The notes beneath the pieces were generated by a model that made no database searches, was not told where the DNA came from, and saw nothing but the letters and a program-made list of their open reading frames with translations. The position numbers and the translations under genes were made by a program. From Octopus sinensis (taxonomy: Eukaryota): DNA of 64,000 bases. This document shows, one piece after another, positions 1 to 14,115 of this stretch (position 1 is its first letter; the number at the start of each line of letters is the position of its first letter). Where the stretch lies: NCBI RefSeq assembly GCF_006345805.1, contig NC_043025.1:11098001-11162000 (forward strand), written 5' to 3'.

Positions 1-412
1 CATCATCATCGTTTAACGTCCGCTTTCCATGCTAGCATGGGTTGGACGGTTCAACTGGGGTCTAGGAAGCCAGAAGGCTGTACCAGGCCCAGTCTGATCT
101 GGCAGTGTTTCTACAGCTGGATGCCCTTCCTAACGCCAACCACTCCGTGAGTGTAGTGGGTGCTTTTTATGTGCCAGACGAGGCTGGCAAATGGCCACGA
201 TCGGATGGTGCTTTTTACGTGCCACCGGCATGGAGACCAGATGAAACTGGCAATGGCCACAATCAGATGGTGCTTTTACATGTCACGTTCGATGGTTCTC
301 TTACGTGCACCAGCACTGGTATCACAGCTACAAATTCCATTGATGTTGATCTGATTAAATTAACAGAAGAAATCACATCTACCGACCGATGCCGGACCCC
401 TCCCCCCCGGCA

Positions 413-1057
413 CCTGTGCAGGTGGCACGTAAAAGCACCCACTACACTCGCGGAGTGGTTGGCGTTAGGAAGGGCATCCAGCCGTAGAAACTCTTCCAGA
501 TCAGACTGGAGCCTGGTCGAACCGTCCAACCCGTGCTAGCGCGGAAAACAGACGTTAAACGATGATGATGAGGAGGAGATAGTAAGGTAAAAAGCACCCA
601 CTACACTCACGGAGTGGTTGGCGTTAGGAAGGGCATCCAGCTGTAGAAACTCTGCCAGATCAGTCTGGAGCCTAGAGCAGCCCCTGACTTCCCAGACCCC
701 GTCGAACCGTCCAACCCGTGCTAGCGCGGAAAACGGACGTTAAACGATGATGATGAGGAGGATGTAGTAAGGTAAAAAGCACCCACTACACTCGCGGAGT
801 GGTTGGCGTTAGAAGGGCATCCAGCCATAGAAACTCTGCCAGATCAGACTGGAGCCTGGTGCAGCCTTCTGGCTTCCCAGACCCCGTCGAACCCGTCCAA
901 CCCATGCTAGCATGGAAAACGGACGTTAAACGATGATGATGATGAGGAAGAGATAGTAAGGTAAAAAGCACCCACTACAATCACGGAGTGGTTGGCGTTA
1001 GGAAGGCATCCAGCCGTAAAACTCTGCCAGATCAGACTGGGCAGCCTTCGGCTTCCC
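413..1057 (-). repeat. Tandem (GAT)n-tailed retroposon 3' ends (RTE-like tail, ~180 bp each); equivalent clusters at ~6360-7010, ~10915-12012 and ~14800-15512
   Basis: Repeats of aaaagcacccactacactc...ggcgttaggaagggcatccag...ccatgctagcatggaaaacggacgttaaacgatgatgat. Element sense actually reads along the + strand here, inverted relative to the copy at 1-300. ggcgttaggaagggcatcc is an RTE-tail-like motif (family assignment from memory). Confidence 0.75.
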
Positions 1058-1215
1058 CTGGGGGAACTTTTCAAAATTTTCGCTGCGTTAGTTTTGAATT
1101 ATGACATTGGGCTATGTGTGTGTCAAGTTTCATCAGAATCGGTTGAAAGCCGTGGTCAGGGTGAGGGTACAAGAAAATAGACGCACAGACAAAGTGCCGT
1201 TTATATAGAGAGAGA
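1058..1215 (-). mobile_element. Truncated non-autonomous Helitron (5' part only); second copy 7011-7168
   Basis: Matches the distal part of the complete copies at 12134 and 28897 but is fused directly to the (GAT)-tailed element (cttccc|ctggggg). Confidence 0.8.
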
Positions 1216-1432
1216 TTGAGAAGAACAATCCATTGTTGAAAGCAGTAGGAATATCAAGTACTCATATGATGCGTTTCTCACTTCCATAATCAAGCTTCCT
1301 TTTTTGGTGTGGCTCTCTCTTGATACCTTGTTTGTTTGAAATTTCGAAAACAATGACAAGATCCAGTTGTATACTACTGCTCAATACAGAAATGTGGTAG
1401 CTTGACCTTCTAGTAAAAACAACAAAAAATCG

Positions 1433-1901
1433 GGCGAAGTTTCGCTTGTCGTAGCACAAGTTTCCGTCGATTTCCGTAAAAAGCTTTTATTTTTTTACAT
1501 ATGGGCTTGCGGGAACTTTTGAAGTAATGAGAGCGAAAGAGACTAAGAGGAAGCGAATTTATGACGAGGAAATTTCTCTTTGAAGTCCCCGTGTGTGTGT
1601 TTTGATGGGGTGTGGGAGACAGACAGTATGTTGTGTAAGTGAAGTGCTTCTGTTAGTGTGTGTGGAGAGACAGAGAGTAATGTGTGAAAGAGAGAGATAA
1701 CTAAAAATTTTATTTTACTCGGTGTATGTGTATATGTATGTCTGCATGTATGTGTGTGTGTATGTATCTATGTATATGTGTATGTATGTGTGTGTGTATG
1801 TATGTATGTATGGCCGATTCAATGTTTACATTTTTTACGGAAATCGACAATCGACGGAGGAAATCGACGGAAACGTGTGCTACGACAAGCGAAACATCAC
1901 C
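1433..1901. mobile_element. MITE with ~50-bp TIRs (GGCGAAGTTTCGCTTGTCGTAGCAC...) and 8-bp TSD AAAAATCG; other copies 7387-7850, 12722-13182, 16228-16694
   Basis: Left TIR 1433-1482 is the near reverse complement of ~1832-1901; AAAAATCG at 1425-1432 and 1902-1909; internal (TG/TA) microsatellite. Confidence 0.85.
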
Positions 1902-2140
1902 AAAAATCGCCTTAAATCATGTCCCACAATCAATAGAACAGGTTGAATAATGTAGTTCTAAATATACAAATGACGTGATGACAATGTTTACTGAAGAACA
2001 CAATAGGTCTCCTCAAGCGCAGCAGGTTGTTCTGAAATCCAATTACATGGCTTGTAATAAATCCTTGTACAAAGGTACAGGAGTGGTTGTGTGGTAAGTA
2101 GTTTGCAAAAATGCCTAAATGGCATATTATATGAAATAAA

Positions 2141-5100
2141 GTAGTTTGCTAACCAACCACATGGTTCTGGATTCAGTCCCACTGCGTGGCATCTTGGGCA
2201 AGTGTCTTCTGCTATGGCCCTGGGCCGACCAATGCCTTGTGAGTGGATTTGGTAGATGGAAACTGAAAGAAGCCCATCGTATATATGTATATATATGCAG
2301 AGAGTGGCTGTGTGGTAAGTAGTTTGCTAACCAACCACATGGTTCTGGGTTCAGTCCCACTGCGTGGCATCTTGGGCAAGTGTCTTCTGCTATGGCCCTG
2401 GGCCGACCAATGCCTTGTGAGTGGATTTGGTAGATGGAAACTGAAAGAAGCCCATCGTATATATGTATATATATGCAGGAGTGGCTGTGTGGTAAGTAGT
2501 TTGCTAACCAACCACATGGTTCTGGGTTCAGTCCCACTGCGTGGCATCTTGGGCAAGTGTCTTCTGCTATAGCCCTGGGCCGACCAATGCCTTGTGAGTG
2601 GATTTGGTAGATGGAAACTGAAAGAAGCCTGTCGTATATATGTATATATATGCAGGAGTGGTTGTGTGGTAAGTAGCTTGCTTACCAACAACATGGTTCT
2701 GGATTTAGTCCCACTGCGTGGCATCTTGGGCAAGTGTTTTCTGCTATGGCCCTGGGCCGACCAATGCCTTGTGAGTGGATTTGGTAGATGGAAACTGAAA
2801 GAAGCCATCGTATATGTATATATATGCAGGAGTGGCTGTGTGGTAAGTAGTTTGCTAACCAACCACATGGTTCTGGGTTCAGTCCCACTGCGTGGCATCT
2901 TGGCAAGTGTCTTCTGCTATGGCCCTGGGCCGACCAATGCCTTGTGAGTGGATTTGGTAGATGGAAACTGAAAGAAGCCCATCGTATATATGTATATATG
3001 CAGGAGTGGCTGTGTGGTAAGTAGTTTGCTAACCAACCACATGGTTCTGGGTTCAGTCCCACTGCGTGGCATCTTGGGCAAGTGTCTTCTGCTATAGCCC
3101 TGGGCCGACCAATGCCTGTGAGTGGATTTGGTAGATGGAAACTGAAAGAAGCCCATCGTATATATGTATATATATGCAGGAGTGGCTGTGTGGTAAGTAG
3201 TTTGCTAACCAACCACATGGTTCTGGGTTCAGTCCCACTGCGTGGCATCTTGGGCAAGTGTCTTCTGCTATAGCCCTGGGCCGACCAATGCCTTGTGAGT
3301 GGATTTGGTAGATGGAAACTGAAAGAAGCCTGTCGTATATATGTATATATATGCAGGAGTGGTTGTGTGGTAAGTAGTTTGCTAACCAACCACATGGTTC
3401 TGGGTTCAGTCCCACTGCGTGGCATCTTGGGCAAGTGTCTTCTGCTATGGCCTGGGCCGACCAATGCCTGTGAGTGGATTTGGTAGATGGAAACTGAAAG
3501 AAGCCCATCGTATATATGTATATATATGCAGGAGTGGTTGTGTGGTAAGTAGCTTGCTTACCAACCACATAGTTCCGGGTTCAGTCCCACCGCGTGGCAC
3601 CTTGGGCAACTATCTTCTGCTATAGCCCTGGGCCGACCAATGCCTTGTGAGTGGATTTGGTAGATGGAAACTGAAAGAAGCCTGTCGTATATATGTATAT
3701 ATATGCAGGAGTGGTTGTGTGGTAAGTAATTTGCTAACCAACCACATGGTTCTGGGTTCAGTCCCACTGCGTGGCATCTTGGGCAAGTGTCTTCTGCTAT
3801 GGCCCTGGGCCGACCAATGCCTTGTGAGTGGATTTGGTAGATGGAAACTGAAAGAAGCCCATCGTATATATGTATATATATGCAGGAGTGGTTGTGTGGT
3901 AAGTAGCTTGCTTACCAACCACATAGTTCCGGGTTCAGTCCCACCGCGTGGCACCTTGGGCAACTATCTTCTGCTATAGCCCTGGGCCGACCAATGCCTT
4001 GTGAGTGGATTTGGTAGATGGAAACTGAAAGAAGCCCATCGTATATATGTATATATATGCAGGAGTGGTTGTGTGGTAAGTAGCTTGCTTACCAACCACA
4101 TAGTTCCGGGTTCAGTCCCACCGCGTGGCACCTTGGGCAACTATCTTCTGCTATAGCCCTGGGCCGACCAATGCCTTGTGAGTGGATTTGGTAGATGGAA
4201 ACTGAAAGAAGCCCATCGTATATATGTATATATATGCAGGAGTGGTTGTGTGGTAAGTAGCTTGCTTACCAACCACATAGTTCCGGGTTCAGTCCCACCG
4301 CGTGGCACCTTGGGCAACTATCTTCTGCTATAGCCCTGGGCCGACCAATGCCTTGTGAGTGGATTTGGTAGATGGAAACTGAAAGAAGCCTGTCGTATAT
4401 ATGTATATATATGCAGGATGGTGTTGTGTGGTAAGTAGTTTGCTAACCAACCACATGGTTCTGGGTTCAGTCCCACTGCGTGGCATCTTGGGCAAGTGTC
4501 TTCTGCTATGGCCCTGGGCCGACCAATGCCTTGTGAGTGGATTTGGTAGATGGAAACTGAAAGAAGCCCATCGTATATATGTATATATATGCAGGAGTGG
4601 TTTGTGGGTAAGTAGCTTGCTTACCAACCACATAGTTCCGGGTTCAGTCCCACCGCGTGGCACCTTGGGCAACTATCTTCTGCTATAGCCCTGGGCCGAC
4701 CAATGCCTTGTGAGTGGATTTGGTAGATGGAAACTGAAAGAAGCCCATCGTATATATGTATATATATGCAGGAGTGGCTGTGTGGTAAGTAGTTTGCTAA
4801 CCAACCACATGGTTCTGGGTTCAGTCCCACTGCGTGGCATCTTGGGCAAGTGTCTTCTGCTTTTGCCCTGGGCCGACCAGTGCCTTGTGAGTGGATTTGG
4901 TAGATGGAAACTGAAAGAAGCCCATCGTATATATGTATATATATGCAGGAGTGGCTGTGTGGTAAGTAGTTTGCTAACCAACCACATGGTTCTGGGTTCA
5001 GTCCCACTGCGTGGCATCTTGGGCAAGTGTCTTCTGCTATTGCCCTGGGCCGACCAGTGCCTTGTGAGTGGATTTGGTAGATGGAAACTGAAAGAAGCCC

Positions 5101-5683
5101 ATCGTATATATGTAATATATGCAGGAGTGGCTGTGTGGTAAGTAGTTGCTAACCAACCACATGGTTCTGGGTTCAGTCCCACCACGTGGCACCTTGGGCA
5201 ACTATCTTCTACTATAGCCCTGGGCCGACCATGCCTTGTGAGTGGATTTGGTAGATGGAAACTGAAGAAGCCCATCGTATATATGTATTATATATGCAGG
5301 AGTGGTTGTGTGGTAAGTAGCTTGCTTACCAACCACATAGTTACGGGTTCAGTCCCACTGCGTGGCATCTTGGGCAACTATCTTCTACTATAGCCTTGGA
5401 CCGACCAATGCCTTGTGAGTGGATTTGGCAGACGGAAACTGAAAGAAGCCCATCATATATATGTATAAATATATGTGTGTGTGTGTTTTTGTGTCTGTCT
5501 GTCCCCAAAACATCGTTTGACAACCGATGCTGGTGTGTTTACGTCCCCGTAACTTAGCAGTTTGGCAAAGAGAGAGCAATAGAATAAGTACTAGGTTTAC
5601 AAAGAATAAGTCCTGGGGTCAATTAGCTCGACTAAATGCGGTGCTCCAGCATGGCCACAGTCAAATGACTGAAACAAGTAAAA
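2141..5683 (+). repeat. Tandem array of tRNA-derived SINE heads (~177 bp, ~19 copies) followed by one SINE tail
   Basis: Each unit has an A-box-like gtggctgtgtggtaag, a B-box-like ggttcagtccc, cttgggcaagtg and a (TA)-rich linker; 59-aa ORF periodicity. Single tail (tgtctgtctgtcccc...gactgaaacaagtaaaa) at ~5475-5683. Confidence 0.9.
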
Positions 5684-8089
5684 CAGACTGTATATACGTA
5701 TGCAGGCGTGGTTATGAGGTGAACAGAAATAAATGAGTGAAGAACAAATATATAGTCATCATCATCATCGTTTAGCGTCCGTTTTCCATGCTAGCATGGG
5801 TTGGACGGTTCTACTGGGGTCTGTGAAGCCAGAAGGCTTCATCAGGCCCAGTCAAATCTGGCAGTGTTTCTACGGCTGGATGCCCTTCCTAATGCCAACC
5901 ACTCCGTGATGTGTAGTGGGTGCTTTTTACCTTACTATCTCCTCCTCATCATCATCGTTTAACGTCCGCTTTCCATGCTAGCATGGGTTGGACGGTTCAA
6001 CTGGGGTCTAGGAAGCCAGAAGGCTGTACCAGGCCCAGTCTGATCTGGCAGTGTTTCTACAGCTGGATGCCCTTCCTAACGCCAACCACTCCGTGAGTGT
6101 AGTGGGTGCTTTTTATGTGCCAGACGAGGCTGGCAAATGGCCACGATCGGATGGTGCTTTTTACGTGCCACCGGCATGGAGACCAGATGAAACTGGCAAT
6201 GGCCACAATCAGATGGTGCTGTTTACATGTCACGTTCGGATGGTTCTCTTACGTGCCACCAGCACTGGTATCACAGCTACAAATTCCATTGATGTTGATC
6301 TGATAATTAAATTAACAGAAGAAATCACATCTACCGACCGATGCCGGACCCCTCCCCCCGGCACCTGTGCAGGTGGCACGTAAAAAGCACCCACTACACT
6401 CGCGGAGTGGTTGGCGTTAGGAAGGGCATCCAGCCGTAGAAACTCTTCCAGATCAGACTGGAGCCTGGTCGAACCGTCCAACCCGTGCTAGCGCGGAAAA
6501 CAGACGTTAAACGATGATGATGAGGAGATAGTAAGTAAAAAGCACCCACTACACTCACGGAGTGGTTGGCGTTAGGAAGGGCATCCAGCTGTAGAAACTC
6601 TGCCAGATCAGTCTGGAGCCTAGAGCAGCCCCTGGCTTCCCAGACCCCGTCGAACCGTCCAACCCGTGCTAGCGCGGAAAACGGACGTTAAACGATGATG
6701 ATGAGGAGGATGTAGTAAGGTAAAAAGCACCCACTACACTCGCGGAGTGGTTGGCGTTAGGAAGGGCATCCAGCCATAGAAACTCTGCCAGATCAGACTG
6801 GAGCCTGGTGCAGCCTTCTGGCTTCCCAGACCCCGGTCGAACCGTCCAACCCATGCTAGCATGGAAAACGGACGTTAAACGATGATGATGATGAGGAAGA
6901 GATAGTAAGGTAAAAAGCACCCACTACAATCACGGAGTGGTTGGCGTTAGGAAGGGCATCCAGCCGTAGAAACTCTGCCAGATCAGACTGGAGCAGCCTT
7001 CGGGCTTCCCCTGGGGGAACTTTTCAAAATTTTAGCTGCGTTAGTTTTGAATTATGACATTGGGCTATGTGTGTGTCAAGTTTCATCAGAATCGGTTGAA
7101 AGCCGTGGTCAGGGTGAGGGTACAAGAAAACAGACGCACAGACAAAGTGCCGTTTATATAGAGAAAGATTGAGAAGAACAATCCATTGTTGAAAGCAGTA
7201 GGAATATCAAGTACTCATATGATGCGTTTCTCACCTTCCATAATCAAGCTTCCTTTTTTGGTGTGGCTCTCTCTTGATACCTTGTTTGTTTGAAATTTCG
7301 AAAACAATGACAAGATCCAGTTGTATACTACTGCTCAATACAGAAATGTGGTAGCTTGACCTTCTAGTAAAAACAACAAAAAATCGGGCGAAGTTTCGCT
7401 TGTCGTAGCACAAGTTTCCGTCGATTTCCGTAAAAAGCTTTTATTTTTTTACATATGGGCTTGCGGGAACTTTTGAAGTAATGAGAGCGAAAGAGACTAA
7501 GAGGAAGCGAATTTATGACGAGGAAATTTCTCTTTGAAGTCCCCGTGTGTGTGTTTGATGGGGTGTGGGAGACAGACAGTATGTTGTGTAAGTGAAGTGC
7601 TTCTGTTAGTGTGTGTGGAGAGACAGAGAGTAATGTGTGAAAGAGAGAGATAACTAAAAAATTTTACTCGGTGTATGTGTATATGTATGTCTGCATGTAT
7701 GTGTGTGTGTATGTATCTATGTATATGTGTATGTATGTGTGTGTGTATGTATGTATGTATGGCCGATTCAATGTTTACATTTTTTACGGAAATCGACAAT
7801 CGACGGAGGAAATCGACGGAAACGTGTGCTACGACAAGCGAAACATCACCAAAAATCGCCTTAAATCATGTCCCACAATCAATAGAACAGGTTGAATAAT
7901 GTAGTTCTAAATATACAAATGACGTGATGACAATGTTTACTGAAGAACACAATAGGTCTCCTCAAGCGCAGCAGGTTGTTCTGAAATCCAATTACATGGC
8001 TTGTAATAAATCCTTGTACAAGGTACAGGAGTGGTTGTGTGGTGTAAGTAGTTTGCAAAAATGCCTAAATGGCATATTATATGAAATAA

Positions 8090-10240
8090 AGTAGTTTGCT
8101 AACCAACCACATGGTTCTGGATTCAGTCCCACTGCGTGGCATCTTGGGCAAGTGTCTTCTGCTATGGCCCTGGGCCGACCAATGCCTTGTGAGTGGATTT
8201 GGTAGAGGAAAACGAAAGAACTAAGAAAGAAGCCCATCGTATATATGTATATATAGGCAGAGGGCTGTGTGGTAAGTAGTTTGCTAACCAACCACATGGT
8301 TCTGGGTTCAGTCCCACTGCGTGGCATCTTGGGCAAGTGTCTTCTGCTATAGCCCTGGGCCGACCAATGCCTTGTGAGTGGATTTGGAGATGGAAACTGA
8401 AAGAAGCCTGTCGTATATATGTATATATATGCAGAGTGGTTGTGTGTGGTAAGTAGCTTGCTTACCAACAACATGGTTCTGGATTCAGTCCCACTGCGTG
8501 GCATCTTGGGCAAGTGTCTTCTGCTATGGCCCTGGGCCGACCAATTCCTTGTGAGTGGATTTGGTAGATGGAAACTGAAAGAAGCCCATCGTATATATGT
8601 ATATATATGCAGGAGTGGCTGTGTGGTAAGTGGTTTGCTAACCAACCACATGGTTCTGGGTTCAGTCCCACTGCGTGGCATCTTGGGCAAGTGTCTTCTG
8701 CTATGGCCCTGGGCCGACCAATGCCTTGTGAGTGGATTTGGTAGATGGAAACTGAAAGAAGCCCATCGTATATATGTATATATATGCAGGAGTGGCTGTG
8801 TGGTAAGTAGTTTGCTAACCAACCACATGGTTCTGGGTTCAGTCCCACTGCGTGGCATCTTGGGCAAGTGTCTTCTGCTATAGCCCTGGGCCGACCAATG
8901 CCTTGTGAGTGGATTTGGTAGATGGAAACTGAAAGAAGCCTGTCGTATATATGTATATATATGCAGGAGTGGTTGTGTGGTAGTAGTAGTTTGCTAACCA
9001 ACCACATGGTTCTGGGTTCAGTCCCACTGCGTGGCATCTTGGGCAAGTGTCTTCTGCTATGGCCCTGGGCCGACCAATGCCTTGTGAGTGGATTTGGTAG
9101 ATGGAAACTGAAAGAAGCCTGTCGTATATATGTATATATATGCAGGAGTGGTTGTGTGGTAAGTAGCTTGCTTACCAACCACATAGTTCCGGGTTCAGTC
9201 CCACTGCGTGGCATCTTGGGCAACTATCTTCTACTATAGCCCTGGGCCGACCAATGCCTTGTGAGTGGATTTGGTAGATGGAAACTGAAAGAAGCCTGTC
9301 GTATATATGTATATATATGCAGGAGTGGTTGTGTGGTAAGTAGCTTGCTTACCAACCACATAGTTCCGAGTTCAGTCCCACTGCGTGGCACCTTGGGCAA
9401 CTATCTTCTACTATAGCCCTGGGCCGACCAATGCCTTGTGAGTGGATTTGGTAGATGGAAACTGAAAGAAGCCTGTCGTATATATGTATATATATGCAGG
9501 AGTGGTTGTGTGGTAAGTAGCTTGCTTACCAACCACATAGTTCCGGGTTCAGTCCCACTGCGTGGCATCTTGGGCAACTATCTTCTACTATAGCCCTGGG
9601 CCGACCAATGCCTTGTGAGTGGATTTGGTAGATGGAAACTGAAAGAAGCCTGTCGTATATATGTATATATATGCAGGAGTGGTTGTGTGGTAAGTAGCTT
9701 GCTTACCAACCACATAGTTCCGGGTTCAGTCCCACTGCGTGGCATCTTGGGCAACTATCTTCTACTATAGCCTCGGGCCGACCAATGCCTTGTGAGTGGA
9801 TTTGGTAGATGGAAACTGAAAGAAGCCTGTCGTATATATGTATATATATGCAGGAGTGGTTGTGTGGTAAGTAGCTTGCTTACCAACCACATAGTTCCGG
9901 GTTCAGTCCCACTGCGTGGCACCTTGGGCAACTATCTTCTACTATAGCCTTGGACCAACCAATGCCTTGTGAGTGGATTTGGCAGACGGAAACTGAAAGA
10001 AGCCCATCATATATATGTATAAATATATGTGTGTGTGTGTTTTTGTGTCTGTCTCTCCCCAAAACATCGTTTGACAACCGATGCTGGTGTGTTTACGTCC
10101 CCGTAACTTAGCAGTTTGGCAAAGAGAGAGCAATAGAATAAGTACTAGGTTTACAAAGAATAAGTCCTGGGGTCAATTAGCTCGACTAAATGCGGTGCTC
10201 CAGCATGGCCACAGTCAAATGACTGAAACAAGTAAAACAG
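8090..10240 (+). repeat. SINE-head array in unit 2 (~11 copies) plus one tail
   Basis: Same 177-bp unit; B-box motif counted 11 times. Confidence 0.9.
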
Positions 10241-12133
10241 ACTGTATATACGTATGCAGGCGTGGTTATGAGGTGAACAGAAATAAATGAGTGAAGAACA
10301 ATATATAGTCATCATCACCATCGTTTAGCGTCCGTTTTCCATGCTAGCATGGGTTGGACGGTTCTACTGGGGTCTGTGAAGCCAGAAGGCTTCATCAGGC
10401 CCAGTCAAATCTGGCAGTGTTTCTACGGCTGGATGCCCTTCCTAATGCCAACCACTCCGTGATGTGTAGTGGGTGCTTTTTACCTTACTATCTCCTCCTC
10501 ATCATCATCGTTTAACGTCCGCTTTCCATGCTAGCATGGGTTGGACGGTTCAACTGGGGTCTAGGAAGCCAGAAGGCTGTACCAGGCCCAGTCTGATCTG
10601 GCAGTGTTTCTACAGCTGGATGCCCTTCCTAACGCCAACCACTCCGTGAGTGTAGTGGGTGCTTTTTATGTGCCAGACGAGGCTGGCAAATGGCCACGAT
10701 CGGATGGTGCTTTTTACGTGCCACCGGCATGGAGACCAGATGAAACTGGCAATGGCCACAATCAGATGGTGCTTTTTACATGTCACGTTCAGATGGTTCT
10801 CTTACGTGCCACCAGCACTGGTATCACAGCTACAATTCCATTGATGTTGATCTGATAATTAAATTAACAGAAGAAATCACATCTACCGACCGATGCCGGA
10901 CCCCTCCCCCCGGCACCTGTGCAGTGGCACGTAAAAAGCACCCACTACACTCGCGGAGTGGTTGGCGTTAGGAAGGGCATCCAGCCGTAGAAACTCTTCC
11001 AGATCAGACTGGAGCCTGGTCGAACCGTCCAACCCGTGCTAGCGCGGAAAACAGACGTTAAACGATGATGATGAGGAGGAGATAGTAAGGTAAAAAGCAC
11101 CCACTACACTCACGGAGTGGTTGGCGTTAGGAAGGGCATCCAGCTGTAGAAACTCTGCCAGATCAGTCTGGAGCCTAGAGCAGCCCCTGGCTTCCCAGAC
11201 CCCGGTCGAACCGTCCAACCCGTGCTAGCGCGGAAAACGGACGTTAAACGATGATGATGAGGAGGATGTATGTAAGTAAGGTTAAAAGCACCCACTACAC
11301 TCGCGGAGTGGTTGGCGTTAGGAAGGGCATCCAGCCATAGAAACTCTGCCAGATCAGACTGGAGCCTGGTGCAGCCTTCTGGCTTCCCAGACCCCGGTCG
11401 AACCGTCCAACCCATGCTAGCATGGAAAACGGACGTTAAACGATGATGATGATGAGGAAGAGATAGTAAGGTAAAAAGCACCACTACACTCACGGAGTGG
11501 TTGGCGTTAGGAAGGGCATCCAGCCGTAGAAGAAACTCTGCCAGATCAGACTGGAGCAGCCTTCGGGCTCCCAGACCCCGGTCGAACCGTCCAACCCATG
11601 CTAGCATGGAAAACGGATGTTAAACGATGATATGAGGAGGAGGAGGAGGTAGTAAGGTAAAAAGCACCCACTACACTTGCGGAGTGGTTGGCGTTAGGAA
11701 GAGCATCCAGCCGTAGAAACTCTGCCAGATCAGACTGGAGCCTGGAGCAGCCTTCGGGCTTCCCAGACCCCGGTCGAACCGTCCAACCCATGCTAGCGCG
11801 GAAAACGGACGTTAAACGATGATGATGAGGAGGACATAGTAAGGTAAAAAGCACCCACTACACTCACAGAGTGGTTGGCGTTAGGAAGGGCATCCAGCCG
11901 TAGAAACTCTGCCAGATCAGACTGGAGCCTGGAGCAGCCCCTGGCTTCCCAGACCCCGGTCGAACCGTCCAACCCGTGCTAGCACGGAAAACGGACGTTA
12001 AACGATGATGATGATAAAGATTGATAAGGATAGAGTCAACTGTTGATAAGTCCTAAATGGAACAGCCCTGTTATCACTTAGCTGGTACAGCACTGATCAC
12101 TAGGCTGATTCTGTAGCTATAGAATATATAGAA

Positions 12134-12505
12134 CTAGCAGTATCGCCCGGCGTTGCTTGGGTTTGTAAGGGAAATAACTATAAAGCATTTTTAGAGAGTT
12201 ATAGCCAAAAAATAGCAAAAAGATGGAAAAAAATGATGGTAAATTTTTTTTTTTAGTTAAAAAAGGTGGAGTTGCGTCCCCTAGACAGTTTGCGGCTTGT
12301 GTTTCTGATTCTGGACCCCATGTCGAATTTATCGATTTTTTTCAGAACTGGGGGAACTTTTCAAAATTTTCGCTGCGTTAGTTTTGAATTATGACATTGG
12401 GCTATGTGTGTGTCAAGTTTCATCAGAATCGGTTGAAAGCCGTGGTCAGGGTGAGGGTACAAGAAAACAGACGCACAGACAAAGTGCCGTTTATATAGAG
12501 AGAGA
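12134..12505 (-). mobile_element. Complete non-autonomous Helitron (372 bp)
   Basis: On the minus strand: A|TC at the 5' end, subterminal GC-rich hairpin-like segment (ccc-agcaacgc-cggg), CTAG|T at the 3' end; no TSD. Confidence 0.8.
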
Positions 12506-13417
12506 TTGAGAAGAACAATCCATTGTTGAAGCAGTAGGAATATCAAGTACTCATATGATGCGTTTCTCACCTTCCATAATCAAGCTTCCTTTTTTGTGTG
12601 GCTCTCTCTTGATACCTTGTTTGTTTGAAATTTCGAAAACAATGACAAGATCCAGTTGTATACTACTACTCAATACAGAAATGTGGTAGCTTGACCTTCT
12701 AGTAAAAACAACAAAAAATCGGGCGAAGTTTCGCTTGTCGTAGCACAAGTTTCCGTCGATTTCCGTAAAAAGCTTTTATTTTTTTACATATGGGCTTGCG
12801 GGAACTTTTGAAGTAATGAGAGCGAAAGAGACTAAGAGGAAGCGAATTTATGACGAGGAAATTTCTCTTTGAAGTCCCCGTGGTGTGTTTGATGGGGTGT
12901 GGGAGACAGACAGTATGTTGTGTAAGTGAAGTGCTTCTGTTAGTGTGTGTGAAGAGACAGAGTAATGTGTGAAAGAGAGAGATAACTAAAAAATTTTACT
13001 CGGTGTATGTGTATATGTATGTCTGCATGTATGTGTGTGTGTATGTATCTATGTATATGTGTATGTATGTGTGTGTGTATGTATGTATGTATGGCCGATT
13101 CAATGTTTACATTTTTTACGGAAATCGACAATCGACGGAGGAAATCGACGGAAACGTGTGCTACGACAAGCGAAACATCACCAAAAATCGCCTTAAATCA
13201 TGTCCCACAATCAATAGAACAGGTTGAATAATGTAGTTCTAAATATACAAATGACTTGATGACGTTTACTGAAGAACACAATAGGTCTCCTCAAGCGCAG
13301 CAGGTTGTTCTGAAATCCAATTACATGGCTTGTAATAAATTCTTGTACAAAGGTACAGGAGTGGTTGTGTGGTAAGTAGTTTGCAAAAATGCCTAAATGG
13401 CATATTATATGAAATAA

Positions 13418-14115
13418 AGTAGTTTGCTAACCAACCACATGGTTCTGGATTCAGTCCCACTGCGTGGCATCTTGGGCAAGTGTCTTCTGCTATGGCCCTG
13501 GGCCGACCAATGCCTTGTGAGTGGATTTGGTAGATGGAAACTGAAAGAAGCCCATCGTATATATGTATATATATGCAGGAGTGGTTGTGTGGTAAGTAGC
13601 TTGCTTACCAACCACATAGTTCCGGGTTCAGTCCCACTGCGTGGCACCTTGGGCAACTATCTTCTACTATAGCCCTGGGCCGACCAATGCCTTGTGAGTG
13701 GATTTGGTAGATGGAAACTGAAAGAAGCCTGTCGTATATATGTATATATATGCAGGAGTGGTTGTGTGGTAAGTAGCTTGCTTACCAACCACATAGTTCC
13801 GGGTTCAGTCCCACTGCGTGGCATCTTGGGCAACTATCTTCTACTATAGCCTTGGACCGACCAATGCCTTCTGAAAGAAGCCCATCATATATATGTATAA
13901 ATATATGTGTGTGTGTGTTTTTGTGTCTGTCTGTCCCCAAAACATCGTTTGACAACCGATGCTGGTGTGTTTACGTCCCCGTAACTTAGCAGTTTGGCAA
14001 AGAGAGAGCAATAGAATAAGTTCTAGGTTTACAAAGAATAAGTCCTGGGGTCAATTAGCTCGACTAAATGCGGTGCTCCAGCATGGCCACAGTCAAATGA
14101 CTGAAACAAGTAAAA
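13418..14115 (+). repeat. SINE-head array in unit 3 (3 copies) plus one tail
   Basis: Same unit; the third head has an internal deletion (gcctt|ctgaaag). Confidence 0.85.

Noticed and set aside
1940-2065. Plus-strand open stretch KYTNDVMTMFTEEHNRSPQAQQVVLKSNYMACNKSLYKG as an upstream exon of the SUMO-like gene
   Set aside because: Weak acceptor, no similarity to SUMO-like domains, indels among the four copies.
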